From Minisyncoccota bacterium (GTDB lineage Bacteria > Patescibacteriota > Minisyncoccia > Phycocordibacterales > UBA9973): 64,000 nucleotides of DNA. The stretch covers positions 302 through 64,301 of the forward strand of contig JANOFO010000010.1 of NCBI GenBank assembly GCA_031413715.1, given 5' to 3'. Positions 8,941 through 19,971 of this stretch are shown here, in pieces (the first letter of the stretch is position 1; each line of letters begins with the position of its first letter). The position numbers and the translations under genes are program-made. The notes under the pieces were generated by a model, which was not told the origin of the DNA, did not search any database, and saw only the letters and a list, made by a program, of their open reading frames with translations.

Positions 8941-10686
8941 TTACCCATCATCAGCCCCAAGGGATGTTAGGGAGCAGAACATGCTGTTTTTACCGCCCTT
9001 CTTTGTGAAAAGCTGTGAGTCCTTAATCATCTCCTCAATGGCGGTCTTGAATGTGGAATGACCTGTTTTTGCACCAGTCTTTTCAACCAATTTCCATATC
9101 TCACTTTTGATTAAAGGTGTTGGCGATGCCTCTAATACTTGTTTAATAGCGACCTTCAACACTTCTTTCTTGCTCGTTTTTCCTTTGCTTCGTCCTCCAT
9201 ATTCAAAGTGCCCCTTAACGCTATCGGAGTGAAAGTTGACTACAAAAGGTTCCATTTCCTGCGCTTCTCGTAATTTATTTTGGTATATAACGACACTGGC
9301 ATCATTGCCTTTTCTATCAACTGCAAGATGACAATCAACCTGCGCAAGAATATCTGATGAGCCACGCATTTCTTGAGACGAGGTGCTAGTATCGTTTCCT
9401 TTCTTACGATGATGGTGTATGACGATGACAGCAATACCATGATTAGTAATTTCTTTTAGAAATTTCATCACTCCGCGCATTTCAGTTGCTGAATTTTCAT
9501 CTGCATTGTGAATGCAATTAAGAGCATCAAAAATGACAAGTTCAATGCTTTTACTTTTGGCATATTCAATGAGTTTTCCTACGCTCTCCTTTGTGAGCAT
9601 AAAATCTTTTTTTGAAGAGATAAAAATAGGCAGCTCTGCATTCTGTAAAAGCAACTTCGCTCTATCTTTCAAAATCCGTGGATGGTTCTCTTCATCAATA
9701 ATTAGCACTGGGCTTTGCCTAGTCTGAAATTCACCAAATACTTTTTCGCCCCCAGCTATCTTTAATGCAATATCCAGAGTAATAAAAGTCTTATAAGACC
9801 TCGGTACTCCAGAAATGATTGTGAGAGCTTCGTGTGGAATCAAACTCTCCACAAGCCACTCTGTATTTTTATATTCAGTCGTAACTAGCTGTGAAAGTGG
9901 TATTGCATCTATGCCACGGCTAGTTTTAGATTCGGTTTTTCCCGCTCTCTGTTTCAACTCTCGATTAGCGATACTGTTGAAGACTGTTTTTAATTCTTTC
10001 TCTGGAAGAGGTGGCTTATTATTTTGATTCCAGCGCTGCATACCAAACCACACCATCTCCCAAGTATCTTCTGGAAGATAGCCAAGCATTTTCCCTGCCA
10101 TCTGCGCCGATACCTCATTTCTACTTCCTTCCAGCACTGGGCTTTCGATGGTGGTTTTCCAGTCGGCAGGTTTTTCATTTTCTTCTTCAAGTACCCATTG
10201 TGGCAGGTCTGCAAAGCTAGAATCATCGGGAGAAATAATCCACTCGTAGTAATTTCCAGATTTGTGTAAGGACGGAGGCATTACTACATATCCGCCATCA
10301 GCGCGGATGTCTACTTTAGGTAAAATACCTCCTCTGGTTTTTACTTCTTTTCCTGGATGTTTATAAAAATAATGCGAACCACCTCGACCTGTTCGTGAGA
10401 CTACCGTAGGCGGTAATTCACGGGAGATACTTTCAGTAGTGTCTATATCCACAACAACAATTCCAGATATAGCGCCTGTAATAACTCCTATGTTTGCTTT
10501 TGGGAATTGCTTAAACCATTCCTCGATTTGTTCCTTTGAAGCACGGGTAGCTTGAAATGGCTTCCATTCTTTAATAAGTGGGGTTTTCCCAGCCCCTCTT
10601 ATTGGAATCACAGAGAATCCCAAGTCGTAATACCGTAGTGCAGCTATTAGGTTTTGGTTGTTATTTTCCATAAAATTATTTGGCAT
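8941..10686 (-). CDS. Bifunctional primase/polymerase (Prim-Pol) with PriCT and RecA-type AAA helicase domains
   Basis: ANIGVITG..SGIVVVDID, TGRGGSHYF, DIRADGGYVVMPPSLH, EGSRN, Walker A-like GVPRSYKT, HHHRK..MRGSS. Confidence 0.9.
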   Translation of the reverse strand: MPNNFMENNNQNLIAALRYYDLGFSVIPIRGAGKTPLIKEWKPFQATRASKEQIEEWFKQFPKANIGVITGAISGIVVVDIDTTESISRELPPTVVSRTGRGGSHYFYKHPGKEVKTRGGILPKVDIRADGGYVVMPPSLHKSGNYYEWIISPDDSSFADLPQWVLEEENEKPADWKTTIESPVLEGSRNEVSAQMAGKMLGYLPEDTWEMVWFGMQRWNQNNKPPLPEKELKTVFNSIANRELKQRAGKTESKTSRGIDAIPLSQLVTTEYKNTEWLVESLIPHEALTIISGVPRSYKTFITLDIALKIAGGEKVFGEFQTRQSPVLIIDEENHPRILKDRAKLLLQNAELPIFISSKKDFMLTKESVGKLIEYAKSKSIELVIFDALNCIHNADENSATEMRGVMKFLKEITNHGIAVIVIHHHRKKGNDTSTSSQEMRGSSDILAQVDCHLAVDRKGNDASVVIYQNKLREAQEMEPFVVNFHSDSVKGHFEYGGRSKGKTSKKEVLKVAIKQVLEASPTPLIKSEIWKLVEKTGAKTGHSTFKTAIEEMIKDSQLFTKKGGKNSMFCSLTSLGADDG

Positions 10687-10858
10687 TGTCTTTATTTGAT
10701 TCCTGATGGAGACGCAAATTTATTTTGGCGAGCGTAACGTAAAATGTTGCAAAGTCTTTTAGAAGTTTCTGTATCTCACTTTCAGAACGTCCCACAAATA
10801 CACCCGTCTCTTCAATAGGGATTCGCAGCTTCTCAAGTTGTTGAGCTGTGAATTCCAT
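10676..10858 (-). CDS. Small hypothetical protein
   Basis: ATG 10858, coupled to both neighbours. Confidence 0.5.
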   Translation of the reverse strand: MEFTAQQLEKLRIPIEETGVFVGRSESEIQKLLKDFATFYVTLAKINLRLHQESNKDNAK

Positions 10859-10859
10859 A

Positions 10860-11102
10860 TTATTTGAGGGAATACAATCTATTTTTAAGCTGGCGAAAAT
10901 TTTGAAAAAGCGTTTGAATCGGAACATTAACAGCCTTGTCCTGCCAAAAGTCCTCAATCACTTTCTTGATGTCGTCAGTTGCGGAAAATACAAACTCGAC
11001 CCGCTTTTCGCTGGTTCGCTCCAAATCTAGCAACTCAAATTTGAGTGTGAGCAGCAAGGCTGCCAAGCCAGTGTCGCCGATGAATATCTTTGCGTTTTCC
11101 AT
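10860..11102 (-). CDS. Small putative DNA-binding protein (DUF5659-like)
   Basis: D.GLAALL...F.L..L.R....RV.F.F pattern typical of such mobile elements. Confidence 0.65.
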   Translation of the reverse strand: MENAKIFIGDTGLAALLLTLKFELLDLERTSEKRVEFVFSATDDIKKVIEDFWQDKAVNVPIQTLFQNFRQLKNRLYSLK

Positions 11103-11254
11103 ACTGCGCCAGCATACTTTGGAGCAGGGTTAGGTTTATACATCAGCTTTGTGAGCCAATAAAAATAAATGATGGATAGCGTTACAGAAGAAAACAGAAA
11201 AATCCACCCATTTTAAGAGTGGCTAACTTTTTGCCTCATTGGGACTAACCCAAA

Positions 11255-11950
11255 TTAAGAGCGTATCACTAACATAAAACCATTTTGTGCCAGAATTTCG
11301 ATTGGTGCACCAATTTTTTTAATAGCATCTCTAAAATCTTGGACGGCATCTCTAACGCTTCGGTCAGTAGTGACTGGCTTATCGTCATATTCTTCGGAAT
11401 TTTTTACAAATTTACCTGCGATTGCCAGCTCCCAGATGGGTTTAAAAGCGCCTTCACGTCCAACAATTCCTTTTTTCTCTATCCGTCGAGCTTCCCACAA
11501 TAAGGCAAACATTTCCCCTCTACCTTTAGCTTTCTGGAATTTATGAAATTTATTACCGTGTGATATGCGACAAGCCTTTTTGTCAAAGAATACAGATACC
11601 TCATTTGTTACTGATTGACTTGTTTCTGGTACTGGCAATTTACTTTTATTTATCAAAATCTCATATACTTCAATATCCTCATCCGTCTGCGTATTTTCGC
11701 GTGCAACAATAAATTCTTTCTTTCCATCCTCTTTAATTTCAAATGTGCCCCAACAATACTTATATTTATTCAAAAAACCCTTCTCTTTAAGACGAAGTAA
11801 GGTGTTACGAGTATCAGGTAGGTCAAAATCTTTGGCGGTTAAGTGCTCAATGGGTACATAGAAAGGATTGGTTTTATAAGTGTGAAAATGCTCGGAAATA
11901 ATCCCCGTAAGCAGTGAGTCTTTTTCTTCGATACTCATCTCCATTTTCAT
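11255..11950 (-). CDS. Hypothetical protein, possible winged-helix regulator
   Basis: About 230 aa, divergent from the excisionase-like gene. C-terminus resembles a wHTH. Confidence 0.55.
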   Translation of the reverse strand: MKMEMSIEEKDSLLTGIISEHFHTYKTNPFYVPIEHLTAKDFDLPDTRNTLLRLKEKGFLNKYKYCWGTFEIKEDGKKEFIVARENTQTDEDIEVYEILINKSKLPVPETSQSVTNEVSVFFDKKACRISHGNKFHKFQKAKGRGEMFALLWEARRIEKKGIVGREGAFKPIWELAIAGKFVKNSEEYDDKPVTTDRSVRDAVQDFRDAIKKIGAPIEILAQNGFMLVIRS

Positions 11951-12027
11951 AATTAAAGTCATTATATCAGAATATGCCAATACTTGCCACAGGTGAATAA
12001 AAGAGCTACACTACAAAGGCATATCTT

Positions 12028-12222
12028 ATGAAAGAAGAAAAATACTTAACACTAAAACAAGCAGCCGAAAAATTGCATGTAAAGATGCGTACAATTTACC
12101 GTTATGTTGCCGAGAAAGAACTGCGCGCCACAAAAATCGGTTCTTGGAGAGTTGAGGAGAAAGACCTTCAGGATTTTATTGACTCCCGCTCAAACATTGG
12201 GCAACGTAAACGCTCCAAGTAG
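12028..12222 (+). CDS. Excisionase-like HTH protein
   Basis: YLTLKQAAEKLHV..RTIYRYV..KELRATKIG.WRV...DL..F. Confidence 0.88.
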   Translation: MKEEKYLTLKQAAEKLHVKMRTIYRYVAEKELRATKIGSWRVEEKDLQDFIDSRSNIGQRKRSK

Positions 12223-12228
12223 TCGTCT

Positions 12229-15200
12229 ATGAGTACATCACCCTACAATCGAGGTTCAGAATGGAGGAAGTGGGATTTGCAGATTCACACGCCTGCTTCC
12301 GCGCTAAATAACGGTTTCGGTTCAGACTGGGATACATACTTACAAAAACTCTTCAAAGCAGCAATAAAAGAAGACATTGCTGCGGTTGGTGTTACTGACT
12401 ATTTCCACATCGAGGGATACAAAAAGGTTAAATCTTACCTAGGTGACACCGCCAAGATGAAGGCACTATTTTCCGATGAAGAAAGAGAAGCCATTTCAAA
12501 AATACTTATTTTGCCGAACGTAGAGTTCAGACTCTTTCCAATAAATGGCAGCCGTCTAAATTTTCACGTCATATTTTCTGACACGGTTTCAGAGAGAGAT
12601 ATTGAAGATAATTTTCTTCATAACCTTCACTTCGTTCGGGAAGGTAAACCATTTGAGCCAGATGAAAAGAGCAAGCTTAAAATTGGCAACCTTGAGGAAC
12701 TTGGAAAAAAACTTAAAAGCGAGCATGAGCCTTTCCGAACAGACAGTGACCTATTCGTTGGAATGAAAAATGCCGTAGTTTCCGATGAAGAAATTTCAGA
12801 AGTATTGAGTGCAAGACCATCTGCCTTTGCAGGTAAATACGTGCTAGTAATGCCATGCGATGAGGACTTGAGCACTATTCCCTGGGATGGACAAGACCAC
12901 AACACCCGCAAGAAGATGGTACAAAAAACCAACTTCTTTCTCTCATCAAACAGGAATACTATCGACTGGGGTTTGGGCAAGAAACATGAAAATTCAGAAG
13001 ATTTCAAAAATGAATTCAAGTCTTATAAACCTTGTTTGTGGAGTTCTGATGCGCATGACTTTGATAAATTATTCAAACCCGATGAAAATCGTTTTTGTTG
13101 GGTAAAAGCTGACCCCACGTTTGCTGGTCTTCGCCAAATCATTAACGAACCTGAACAGAGAGCTTTCGTTGGAGAACAGCCCCCAAACTATAAGTATGAC
13201 CATCTAGTCATAGAAAAAATTAGTATCCCCACTTCAAATGGATGGTTTAGTGAAAATCTGGAATTGGAACTAAACAGAGACTTGGTAACCATTATTGGTG
13301 GCAGAGGTTCTGGTAAGTCCGCCCTAGCAGAGATGATTGCCTATGGAGGAGGAAGTTGGAGTGGAGGCGAAGAAGCCTTTGTTACGAAAGCCAGTGACCA
13401 CGCACAGGGTATTGAAGGTACGGAAATTACTCTTACCTGGAGTGATGGGCACACAACCACATTTCGTGTAGGCGAAAACCAGGGCGATGAGAAAAGTATT
13501 CGCTATCTTTCTCAAAACGAAATTGAAAGACTTTGCTCACATAAGAATAGTAAAGTTCTTCTTGAACAGATTGAAAGTGTTATTTTCCAAGCTTTGGATG
13601 AGACCGAACGAATGGGCACCTCATCATTTTCTGAACTCACTTCTAAAACCCTAAAGGGATTTAAATTAGAAAAGGAACAGGAAGTGAGAAAGATAAAATC
13701 TAGCGCAAATAATCTTGCATCACTACTCGAAGCAATACGACAGAAACCAGAAAAAGAGAGAACTCTTAAAGATAAAGATGTTGAGTTGAAAAAGCTCAAA
13801 AAGAGTCTCCCTGAACTTCCCGCAGAAGACAAGAAGGGTCAAGACGAACTTGCATCATTGTTATCATTAAAAACAAAGTTTGATGAGAAAATTATCGGAC
13901 TCCAAGCAAAAATTGCCGACCTTTCTGAAGTTACAACAAAGATAGGTCTTTTCCGTAGTGATGTAACGAAATTCGAGAAGGATGTAAATGTTTCAGTTAA
14001 AAAACTTCTCCCAGACTTTGGCTTATTCGCTGTGGGTCTCGATACTTCGAAGCTTGAAGGAGCAATAAAAAAAGAGAGCGGTGAAGTCGCTGACGCGCTA
14101 AAAGCATTGAAAGAGGGCGACAAAAATAAGAACGCTCAACTTTTGGGTATTGAAGTTGCAGAACTAGTATTTCCGAATGCCACAAAACTTGCAGAGGCAA
14201 TAAAGAAAAAACAGGAAGAAACTAAAGCTTCCGAGACTACTAAAATTAAGTACCAACAACAGAAAAAGACGATTGCTGAACTAGAAGCAGTAATAAAGTC
14301 ACTAGAAGTTGAAATAAAGAAAATCAATGAAGAAAGTCTGCCTGAAAGTGAAAAGGCAAAAGCTGATTGTGTAGAGGCTTATTGTGCATACATCGCTATT
14401 CTTGAACGAGAAAAGACAGAGCTTGAGAAACTTTATGAACCATTACAGAGAAATCTCCAGTCAGGTACAGAAACTAATAAGAGATTGGAATTTGAAGCAC
14501 GTCTTGATTTTGAGGTTGAGAATCATATCGAGAGAGGGTTAGGAATAATTGACCGTAATAAAAAAGGTAACTTTAAAGATAAACCAGCGTTAAAAGAAGC
14601 GTTAGAAAAATTCTGGAGCAATATCAAGAAGGATGGATTTTCCACCACAAAAATAAAGGAAGAGCTTGCCGTTCTTGATTCACAGTTTCAAGTTTATGAA
14701 GGTAAACCACGAGATGTTCAAGAACAACTACGTGCTGGCTACGGCGTGGGAGATTTCTATGAATGGTTATTTGACCCAACAAATGTAGATGTTGTCTCTA
14801 CAATCAATTTTGACAAAACAGACCTCTATCTTCTCTCACCTGGCAAGAAAGGAATCGTTCTACTTATTCTTTTCTTGCAAATAGATGGTGACGATACGCG
14901 CCCACTCATCATAGACCAGCCAGAAGAGAATCTAGACAATCTGTCTGTATACCAAGATTTGATTACTTTCTTCAAGGAAAGGAAGCTTTACCGTCAAATT
15001 TTTATTGTTACTCACAACCCTAACCTTGTAGTTAACACGGATGCAGAGCAAGTAATCGTAGCCAACTATAACGGCACTGGTACACCTCGCATTCAATACT
15101 CTGCTGGGTCACTTGAGAATCAAGCCGCTGAATTGCCAGGTGTTGAACTGGAAGATTTAGAGGACGGCATTATTGAGCAGGTCTGCAAAATTCTTGAAGG

Positions 15201-15267
15201 TGGAGAAACTGCGTTTGAAAGTCGTAAGAGGAAATACGAACTGTCAGTAAAAAGCTTCAAAAAGTAA
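12229..15267 (+). CDS. PHP hydrolase fused to SMC-like ABC ATPase (TrlF/Ppl-like, putative anti-phage)
   Basis: GSEWRKWDLQIHTP, TDY and SDAH (PHP). GGRGSGKS, coiled coil, LSPG, IIDQPEENLD and VTHN (ABC ATPase). Confidence 0.85.
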   Translation: MSTSPYNRGSEWRKWDLQIHTPASALNNGFGSDWDTYLQKLFKAAIKEDIAAVGVTDYFHIEGYKKVKSYLGDTAKMKALFSDEEREAISKILILPNVEFRLFPINGSRLNFHVIFSDTVSERDIEDNFLHNLHFVREGKPFEPDEKSKLKIGNLEELGKKLKSEHEPFRTDSDLFVGMKNAVVSDEEISEVLSARPSAFAGKYVLVMPCDEDLSTIPWDGQDHNTRKKMVQKTNFFLSSNRNTIDWGLGKKHENSEDFKNEFKSYKPCLWSSDAHDFDKLFKPDENRFCWVKADPTFAGLRQIINEPEQRAFVGEQPPNYKYDHLVIEKISIPTSNGWFSENLELELNRDLVTIIGGRGSGKSALAEMIAYGGGSWSGGEEAFVTKASDHAQGIEGTEITLTWSDGHTTTFRVGENQGDEKSIRYLSQNEIERLCSHKNSKVLLEQIESVIFQALDETERMGTSSFSELTSKTLKGFKLEKEQEVRKIKSSANNLASLLEAIRQKPEKERTLKDKDVELKKLKKSLPELPAEDKKGQDELASLLSLKTKFDEKIIGLQAKIADLSEVTTKIGLFRSDVTKFEKDVNVSVKKLLPDFGLFAVGLDTSKLEGAIKKESGEVADALKALKEGDKNKNAQLLGIEVAELVFPNATKLAEAIKKKQEETKASETTKIKYQQQKKTIAELEAVIKSLEVEIKKINEESLPESEKAKADCVEAYCAYIAILEREKTELEKLYEPLQRNLQSGTETNKRLEFEARLDFEVENHIERGLGIIDRNKKGNFKDKPALKEALEKFWSNIKKDGFSTTKIKEELAVLDSQFQVYEGKPRDVQEQLRAGYGVGDFYEWLFDPTNVDVVSTINFDKTDLYLLSPGKKGIVLLILFLQIDGDDTRPLIIDQPEENLDNLSVYQDLITFFKERKLYRQIFIVTHNPNLVVNTDAEQVIVANYNGTGTPRIQYSAGSLENQAAELPGVELEDLEDGIIEQVCKILEGGETAFESRKRKYELSVKSFKK

Positions 15268-15295
15268 GTCTGCTTTTAATGAAACATCTTTTTGA

Positions 15296-15324
15296 TTGAC
15301 ATATACCCCTAGGGGGTATATACT
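15296..15324 (+). promoter_or_regulatory. Sigma70 promoter with CsoR operator
   Basis: TTGACA-17-TATACT overlapping the palindrome atatacccc-tag-ggggtatat (15301-15321). ATG is 7 nt downstream. Confidence 0.85.
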
Positions 15325-15331
15325 CTTTGGT

Positions 15332-15607
15332 ATGAAATACTTAAACGAAAAAGATAAGGCAAAGATAATTCGCCGTCTTAAACTCATTGAGGGGCAAGTT
15401 CGTGGATTGCAAAAGTTAGTTGAGAATGACACCTACTGCATAGATGTCATCACCCAAACCTCTGCTGTAAAGCAGGGTCTTTCAGGCGTTGAGGATGTTC
15501 TTCTTGAAAACCATCTTGGTCATTGTGTGCGCCATCAAATGTCTTCAGGACAAGTTGATAAGGCGCAAGAAGAAGTGTTGAAAGTTTATAAGCTAAAGCG
15601 CAAATAA
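15332..15607 (+). CDS. csoR: CsoR/RcnR family metal-sensing repressor
   Basis: [13 protein letters not shown]...YC.DV..Q..AV...LENHLGHCV. Confidence 0.92.
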   Translation: MKYLNEKDKAKIIRRLKLIEGQVRGLQKLVENDTYCIDVITQTSAVKQGLSGVEDVLLENHLGHCVRHQMSSGQVDKAQEEVLKVYKLKRK

Positions 15608-15612
15608 ACATT

Positions 15613-17907
15613 ATGAGCCACACAGAGACTTACAAAATAAGAGGAATGCACTGTGCATCATGCGCGGGCATCATTGAAAAAACTCTCAAGAAAACGGATG
15701 GTGTCAGTTCTGTTGAAGCAAACTATGGAACCGAGGCTGCAAAGATTACTTTTGATGAATCAAAGACAAACCCACATCACCTTTCAGAAAAGATAGAGAA
15801 GTTAGGTTATTCACTTATTGTTCCTACTGCCGATGAAATGGGTATGTCTGCCAACGAGCACGCGGCACACCTTGGTTTGAATCAATCAAAGAAAGAAAAG
15901 TTAGCGGAACTTTCAGATATGAAAAATAAAGTCATATCGGTAATTCCTCTTACCATTTTTAGTATTTTCGTGATGGGCTGGGATATTCTTGCTCAATTTA
16001 ATATCGTTTCTGTCGCTCCTTATTTCTGGAGCGAGTTTTTTCACCACCTGTTGCCTCTGATGGCTACCTATACCTTGTTCGTAGTTGGTAAACCGTATCT
16101 TCTGGGTTTTTACCGATTCCTTCGCTATGGCAAAGCAAATATGGATACGCTCATTGGTATTGGTACATCGGTTGCGTATCTCTACAGTTTTATTGTTACC
16201 GCCTTTGAAGAATCGCTCCGACCATTCATCAGTGTTGAGCATACGTACTATGACGTTACGATTGTCGTTATAGCTTTTATTACTCTCGGCAAATATCTGG
16301 AGGCGCGTTCCAAAATTAAAACAGGAGACGCAATTGAAAAGCTCTTAAATCTTCAAGCAAAAACTGCTTTAGTCATACGTGATGGTAAAGAAGTGGAAGT
16401 ACCTATTGACCAGGTGGTTCACGGTGACTTGATTGTGGTTAAACCAGCAGGCAAAATCCCCGTTGATGGCGTACTTACAGAAGGCTCATCATACGTAGAT
16501 GAAGCAATGATTTCTGGGGAACCCGTCCCCGTGGAAAAGAATGTGGGAGACACTGTGGTCGCTGGAACCATCAATACCACTGGCTCATTCACTTTCAAAG
16601 CAACAAAAGTTGGTTCGGAGACACTTCTTGCAGGTATCATCAAAATGGTGGAAGAGGCTCAAGGAAGTCGAGCACCCATACAAGCATTAGCAGATAAAAT
16701 TTCAAGTGTCTTTGTTCCAGTTGTTTTAGTTCTTTCGTTCGTTGCACTCGGCTTATGGATTGCCATTGGAACCCAGTATTTTGGCTTCTCGCAGGCGTTT
16801 TCATACGGCTTGGTGTCGTTTGTGGGAATCCTTGTGATTGCTTGCCCCTGCGCTTTGGGACTTGCCACACCAACAGCAATCATAGTAGGGGTTGGTAAAG
16901 GCGCAAAGGAAGGTATCCTCATCAAAGATGCAGGGACACTGGAAAAACTCCATAAGGTAAATGTGTTGGTTGTAGACAAAACAGGAACCATTACGAAAGG
17001 AAAACCAGAATTAGTATCAATCCAAAACTCCTCTCAAAAAAGTGATGAGGAGCTGGTTTCGTTACTTGCCTCACTTGAAAAAAAGTCAGAGCATCCTATT
17101 GCTCACGCCGTAGTTTCTTATGCAAATGAAAAGAACATTCCTCTGGCATCTGTAAGTAATTTTGACGCTATTAAAGGCAAAGGCTTGAAAGGGATGATTG
17201 AAAACACAGAATACTACGCAGGCAATACGAAGCTCATACAAGACCTCAATCTTTCATTTGATGTTCGTACTCTTGAAAAAGAAACTATGGAAGGCAAAAC
17301 GCCCGTCATTCTTGCAACTAAAGAAAAAGTATTGGGTGTGGTGATGGTAGCTGATGCTATAAAACCAGAAGCGATTGAAGCGGTGTCACGTCTCCATAAG
17401 CTCGGAATTAAAGTAGTGATGCTTACAGGGGATAATAAAAACACAGCAGCGTATGTTGCAAACCAGGTTGGTATTGATGAAGTGATGGCGGAAGTGATGC
17501 CAGAAACAAAATTGAATAAAATCAAAGAGCTGCAATCGCAAGGCAAAATTGTTGCTATGGCAGGTGATGGAGTAAATGACGCTCCTGCTCTTGCCCAGGC
17601 TGATGTTGGTATCGCTATGGCAACGGGAACCGATGTAGCGATTGAAAGCGCAGGCATCACACTTCTTCATGGTGATATTTCAAAACTCGTCAAAGCTGTG
17701 AATCTCTCGAAAATGACAATGCGCGGTATTAAACAAAATCTTTTCTGGGCATTTATCTACAACATTGTGGGTATCCCGCTTGCGGGCGGATTATTCTTCC
17801 CGATTTTTGGATGGCTGCTGAATCCAGTATTTGCAGGTTTAGCGATGGCGTTTTCAAGCGTGTCAGTGGTCGGTAACTCGCTTCGCCTTAAAGCAAAGAA
17901 ATTATGA
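15613..17907 (+). CDS. copA: Copper-translocating P1B-type ATPase
   Basis: [33 protein letters not shown] and MAFSS motifs. Confidence 0.95.
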   Translation: MSHTETYKIRGMHCASCAGIIEKTLKKTDGVSSVEANYGTEAAKITFDESKTNPHHLSEKIEKLGYSLIVPTADEMGMSANEHAAHLGLNQSKKEKLAELSDMKNKVISVIPLTIFSIFVMGWDILAQFNIVSVAPYFWSEFFHHLLPLMATYTLFVVGKPYLLGFYRFLRYGKANMDTLIGIGTSVAYLYSFIVTAFEESLRPFISVEHTYYDVTIVVIAFITLGKYLEARSKIKTGDAIEKLLNLQAKTALVIRDGKEVEVPIDQVVHGDLIVVKPAGKIPVDGVLTEGSSYVDEAMISGEPVPVEKNVGDTVVAGTINTTGSFTFKATKVGSETLLAGIIKMVEEAQGSRAPIQALADKISSVFVPVVLVLSFVALGLWIAIGTQYFGFSQAFSYGLVSFVGILVIACPCALGLATPTAIIVGVGKGAKEGILIKDAGTLEKLHKVNVLVVDKTGTITKGKPELVSIQNSSQKSDEELVSLLASLEKKSEHPIAHAVVSYANEKNIPLASVSNFDAIKGKGLKGMIENTEYYAGNTKLIQDLNLSFDVRTLEKETMEGKTPVILATKEKVLGVVMVADAIKPEAIEAVSRLHKLGIKVVMLTGDNKNTAAYVANQVGIDEVMAEVMPETKLNKIKELQSQGKIVAMAGDGVNDAPALAQADVGIAMATGTDVAIESAGITLLHGDISKLVKAVNLSKMTMRGIKQNLFWAFIYNIVGIPLAGGLFFPIFGWLLNPVFAGLAMAFSSVSVVGNSLRLKAKKL

Positions 17908-18296
17908 TTTCAAATAAATTAAAAACTATATTTGCGGTTTCTATACCAGTTTTCATAGCTCACGGAATAGAGGAGTATTTTACTGGTTTATATAATGTTG
18001 ATTCTTTCTATCAATCTTTTTCTAATCCCAAACTGGTATTTGTTATTATGGTTCTTCTTTTAGCAAATATGCTACTGATAGTTTCTTATTTTCTTGTCTT
18101 AAAAAACAAATGGGTGTTTGGATTATCAGTTTTACTTGGACTAGCCCTGATTTTTGAATTAGTTCACATTTACGAAGCTATCAAGATAGGGGGATATTAC
18201 TCTGGATTATATACCGCATTGATTTTTCCAATCGTAGGGTTTCTGCTTTGGAAAGAATTATTCAAACATTATAAAGGTCGGAAATTATTAGCTTAA
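17904..18296 (+). CDS. HXXEE-domain membrane protein
   Basis: HGIEE motif and four TM helices. Confidence 0.75.
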   Translation: MISNKLKTIFAVSIPVFIAHGIEEYFTGLYNVDSFYQSFSNPKLVFVIMVLLLANMLLIVSYFLVLKNKWVFGLSVLLGLALIFELVHIYEAIKIGGYYSGLYTALIFPIVGFLLWKELFKHYKGRKLLA

Positions 18297-18309
18297 CTAA
18301 AAAATTATT

Positions 18310-18531
18310 ATGAAAATATCAAAAGTATTACATACCGTTAGTGTTATCGTTGGGTTCATTGGAGTAATTACATTTCTAGGGGCAATGTTGGGTGGAGCTG
18401 ACAATAGCGTATTTGGAGTTACAAAGATAGATGCTCTTTTCTGCACAGCAATTCTTATTCTGATTGCTATCTGGATGCAAGTCGCAACAATGCATCATAT
18501 GATGCTTGAAAAAAGAGGAGAAATTGTTTAG
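18310..18531 (+). CDS. Small two-TM protein in the copper operon
   Basis: Two hydrophobic helices, His/Met-rich end (MHHMM). Confidence 0.65.
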   Translation: MKISKVLHTVSVIVGFIGVITFLGAMLGGADNSVFGVTKIDALFCTAILILIAIWMQVATMHHMMLEKRGEIV

Positions 18532-18549
18532 TCACACCACCACGAAACT

Positions 18550-19569
18550 ATGAAAACATATACCTTTCACATAAACGGAATGCATTGCAAGGCTTGTATC
18601 TTTCTTACAGAAAGCGAGTTGATGGATGTTCCTAATGTTAGTTCTGCAAAATCAAATCTTAATACTCATACAGTAGAACTCACGGGAGATTTTGGAAATA
18701 AATCAGAAGAAGTAATTGCATCAGAATTGACTGATGTTCTCAAAAAACACGGCTACACCCTCTCTGTAGAAAAGCAAAAAAAAACTAAAAATTGGTCTGA
18801 TTTCAAAATTGCTATACCCGTAGCAATTGGGTTTGCCGTTCTTTTCGTTGCTCTGCAAAAAATGGGCATAGTGAACCTCGTAAATACGAGCAATGTTTCC
18901 TATGGTACTGCATTTGTAATTGGCATTATCGCATCGCTTTCAACCTGTATGGCGGTGGTGGGTGGGTTGCTTCTTTCTATGTCGGCAACATTTGCTAAAG
19001 AGGGAGATAAGATAAAACCACAACTTCTATTTCACGGAGGCAGAATTGTCTCATTCTTTATTCTCGGTGGTGTAATTGGAGCAATCGGTTCTGCTTTCGC
19101 ATTAAATACATCGGGGACATTTATATTGAGTGTAATTATTGGCATAGTGATGCTTATTCTTGGAATCAATCTTTTGGATGTATTCCATTTTGCAAAAAAA
19201 CTCCAGCCATCAATGCCAAAATTCTTTTCACGACACGCTCTTGGTGTATCGAAGTTCAATCATAGATTCACTCCACTTTTAGTAGGCATAGTCACTTTCT
19301 TTTTGCCTTGTGGGTTTACCCAATCAATGCAGATTTATACTCTTTCCACAGGGAGTTTTCTTAAAGGTGGCTTCACAATGCTTGCGTTTGCTTTAGGAAC
19401 TTTGCCCATACTTGCTTTAATTAGTTTCAGTTCTTTCAGTATTCATAACAGCTCCAAAGCAGGTATTTTCTTCAAGTCAGCAGGGCTTATTGTAATAATG
19501 TTTGCCCTGTTTAATCTTATCAATAGCTTGGTGGTAATCGGTTGGATACCACCTATATTTAATTTTTAG
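18550..19569 (+). CDS. HMA domain plus DsbD_2/TauE-like membrane protein
   Basis: GMHCKAC, STCMAVVGG, F..GR..S and FLPCG motifs. Confidence 0.85.
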   Translation: MKTYTFHINGMHCKACIFLTESELMDVPNVSSAKSNLNTHTVELTGDFGNKSEEVIASELTDVLKKHGYTLSVEKQKKTKNWSDFKIAIPVAIGFAVLFVALQKMGIVNLVNTSNVSYGTAFVIGIIASLSTCMAVVGGLLLSMSATFAKEGDKIKPQLLFHGGRIVSFFILGGVIGAIGSAFALNTSGTFILSVIIGIVMLILGINLLDVFHFAKKLQPSMPKFFSRHALGVSKFNHRFTPLLVGIVTFFLPCGFTQSMQIYTLSTGSFLKGGFTMLAFALGTLPILALISFSSFSIHNSSKAGIFFKSAGLIVIMFALFNLINSLVVIGWIPPIFNF

Positions 19570-19581
19570 TATAATTACTTT

Positions 19582-19971
19582 ATGAAAGGAACGATAATAT
19601 CAATCATAGCTGTAGTTGTCCTCATCGGAGGGGCTATTGTACTTACCCAAGGGGGTGGAAAGACAAATGACAATATACCCGTAAAAAATGTAACTGTGGT
19701 AGATGGAAAACAGATTATTGAAGTAACGGCAAAAGGTGGTTATCTTCCAGAGAAGAGTATCGCTAAAGCAGGCATTCCTACTGTATTAAGGTTCAATACG
19801 AGTGGAACCTTTGATTGTTCGGCTTCTGTGCGTATTCCTAGTATGGATATTAGTAAAAATCTTCCTGCGTCAGGAGCTACCGATATAGAACTTGGCAACC
19901 CTAAACTCGGCACACTGCAAGGAACCTGTGGAATGGGGATGTATCCTTTTGAGATTGAATTTCAGAGCTAG
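19582..19971 (+). CDS. Cupredoxin-domain protein
   Basis: N-terminal TM, GGY.P, C, and TCGMGMY motif. Confidence 0.85.
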   Translation: MKGTIISIIAVVVLIGGAIVLTQGGGKTNDNIPVKNVTVVDGKQIIEVTAKGGYLPEKSIAKAGIPTVLRFNTSGTFDCSASVRIPSMDISKNLPASGATDIELGNPKLGTLQGTCGMGMYPFEIEFQS

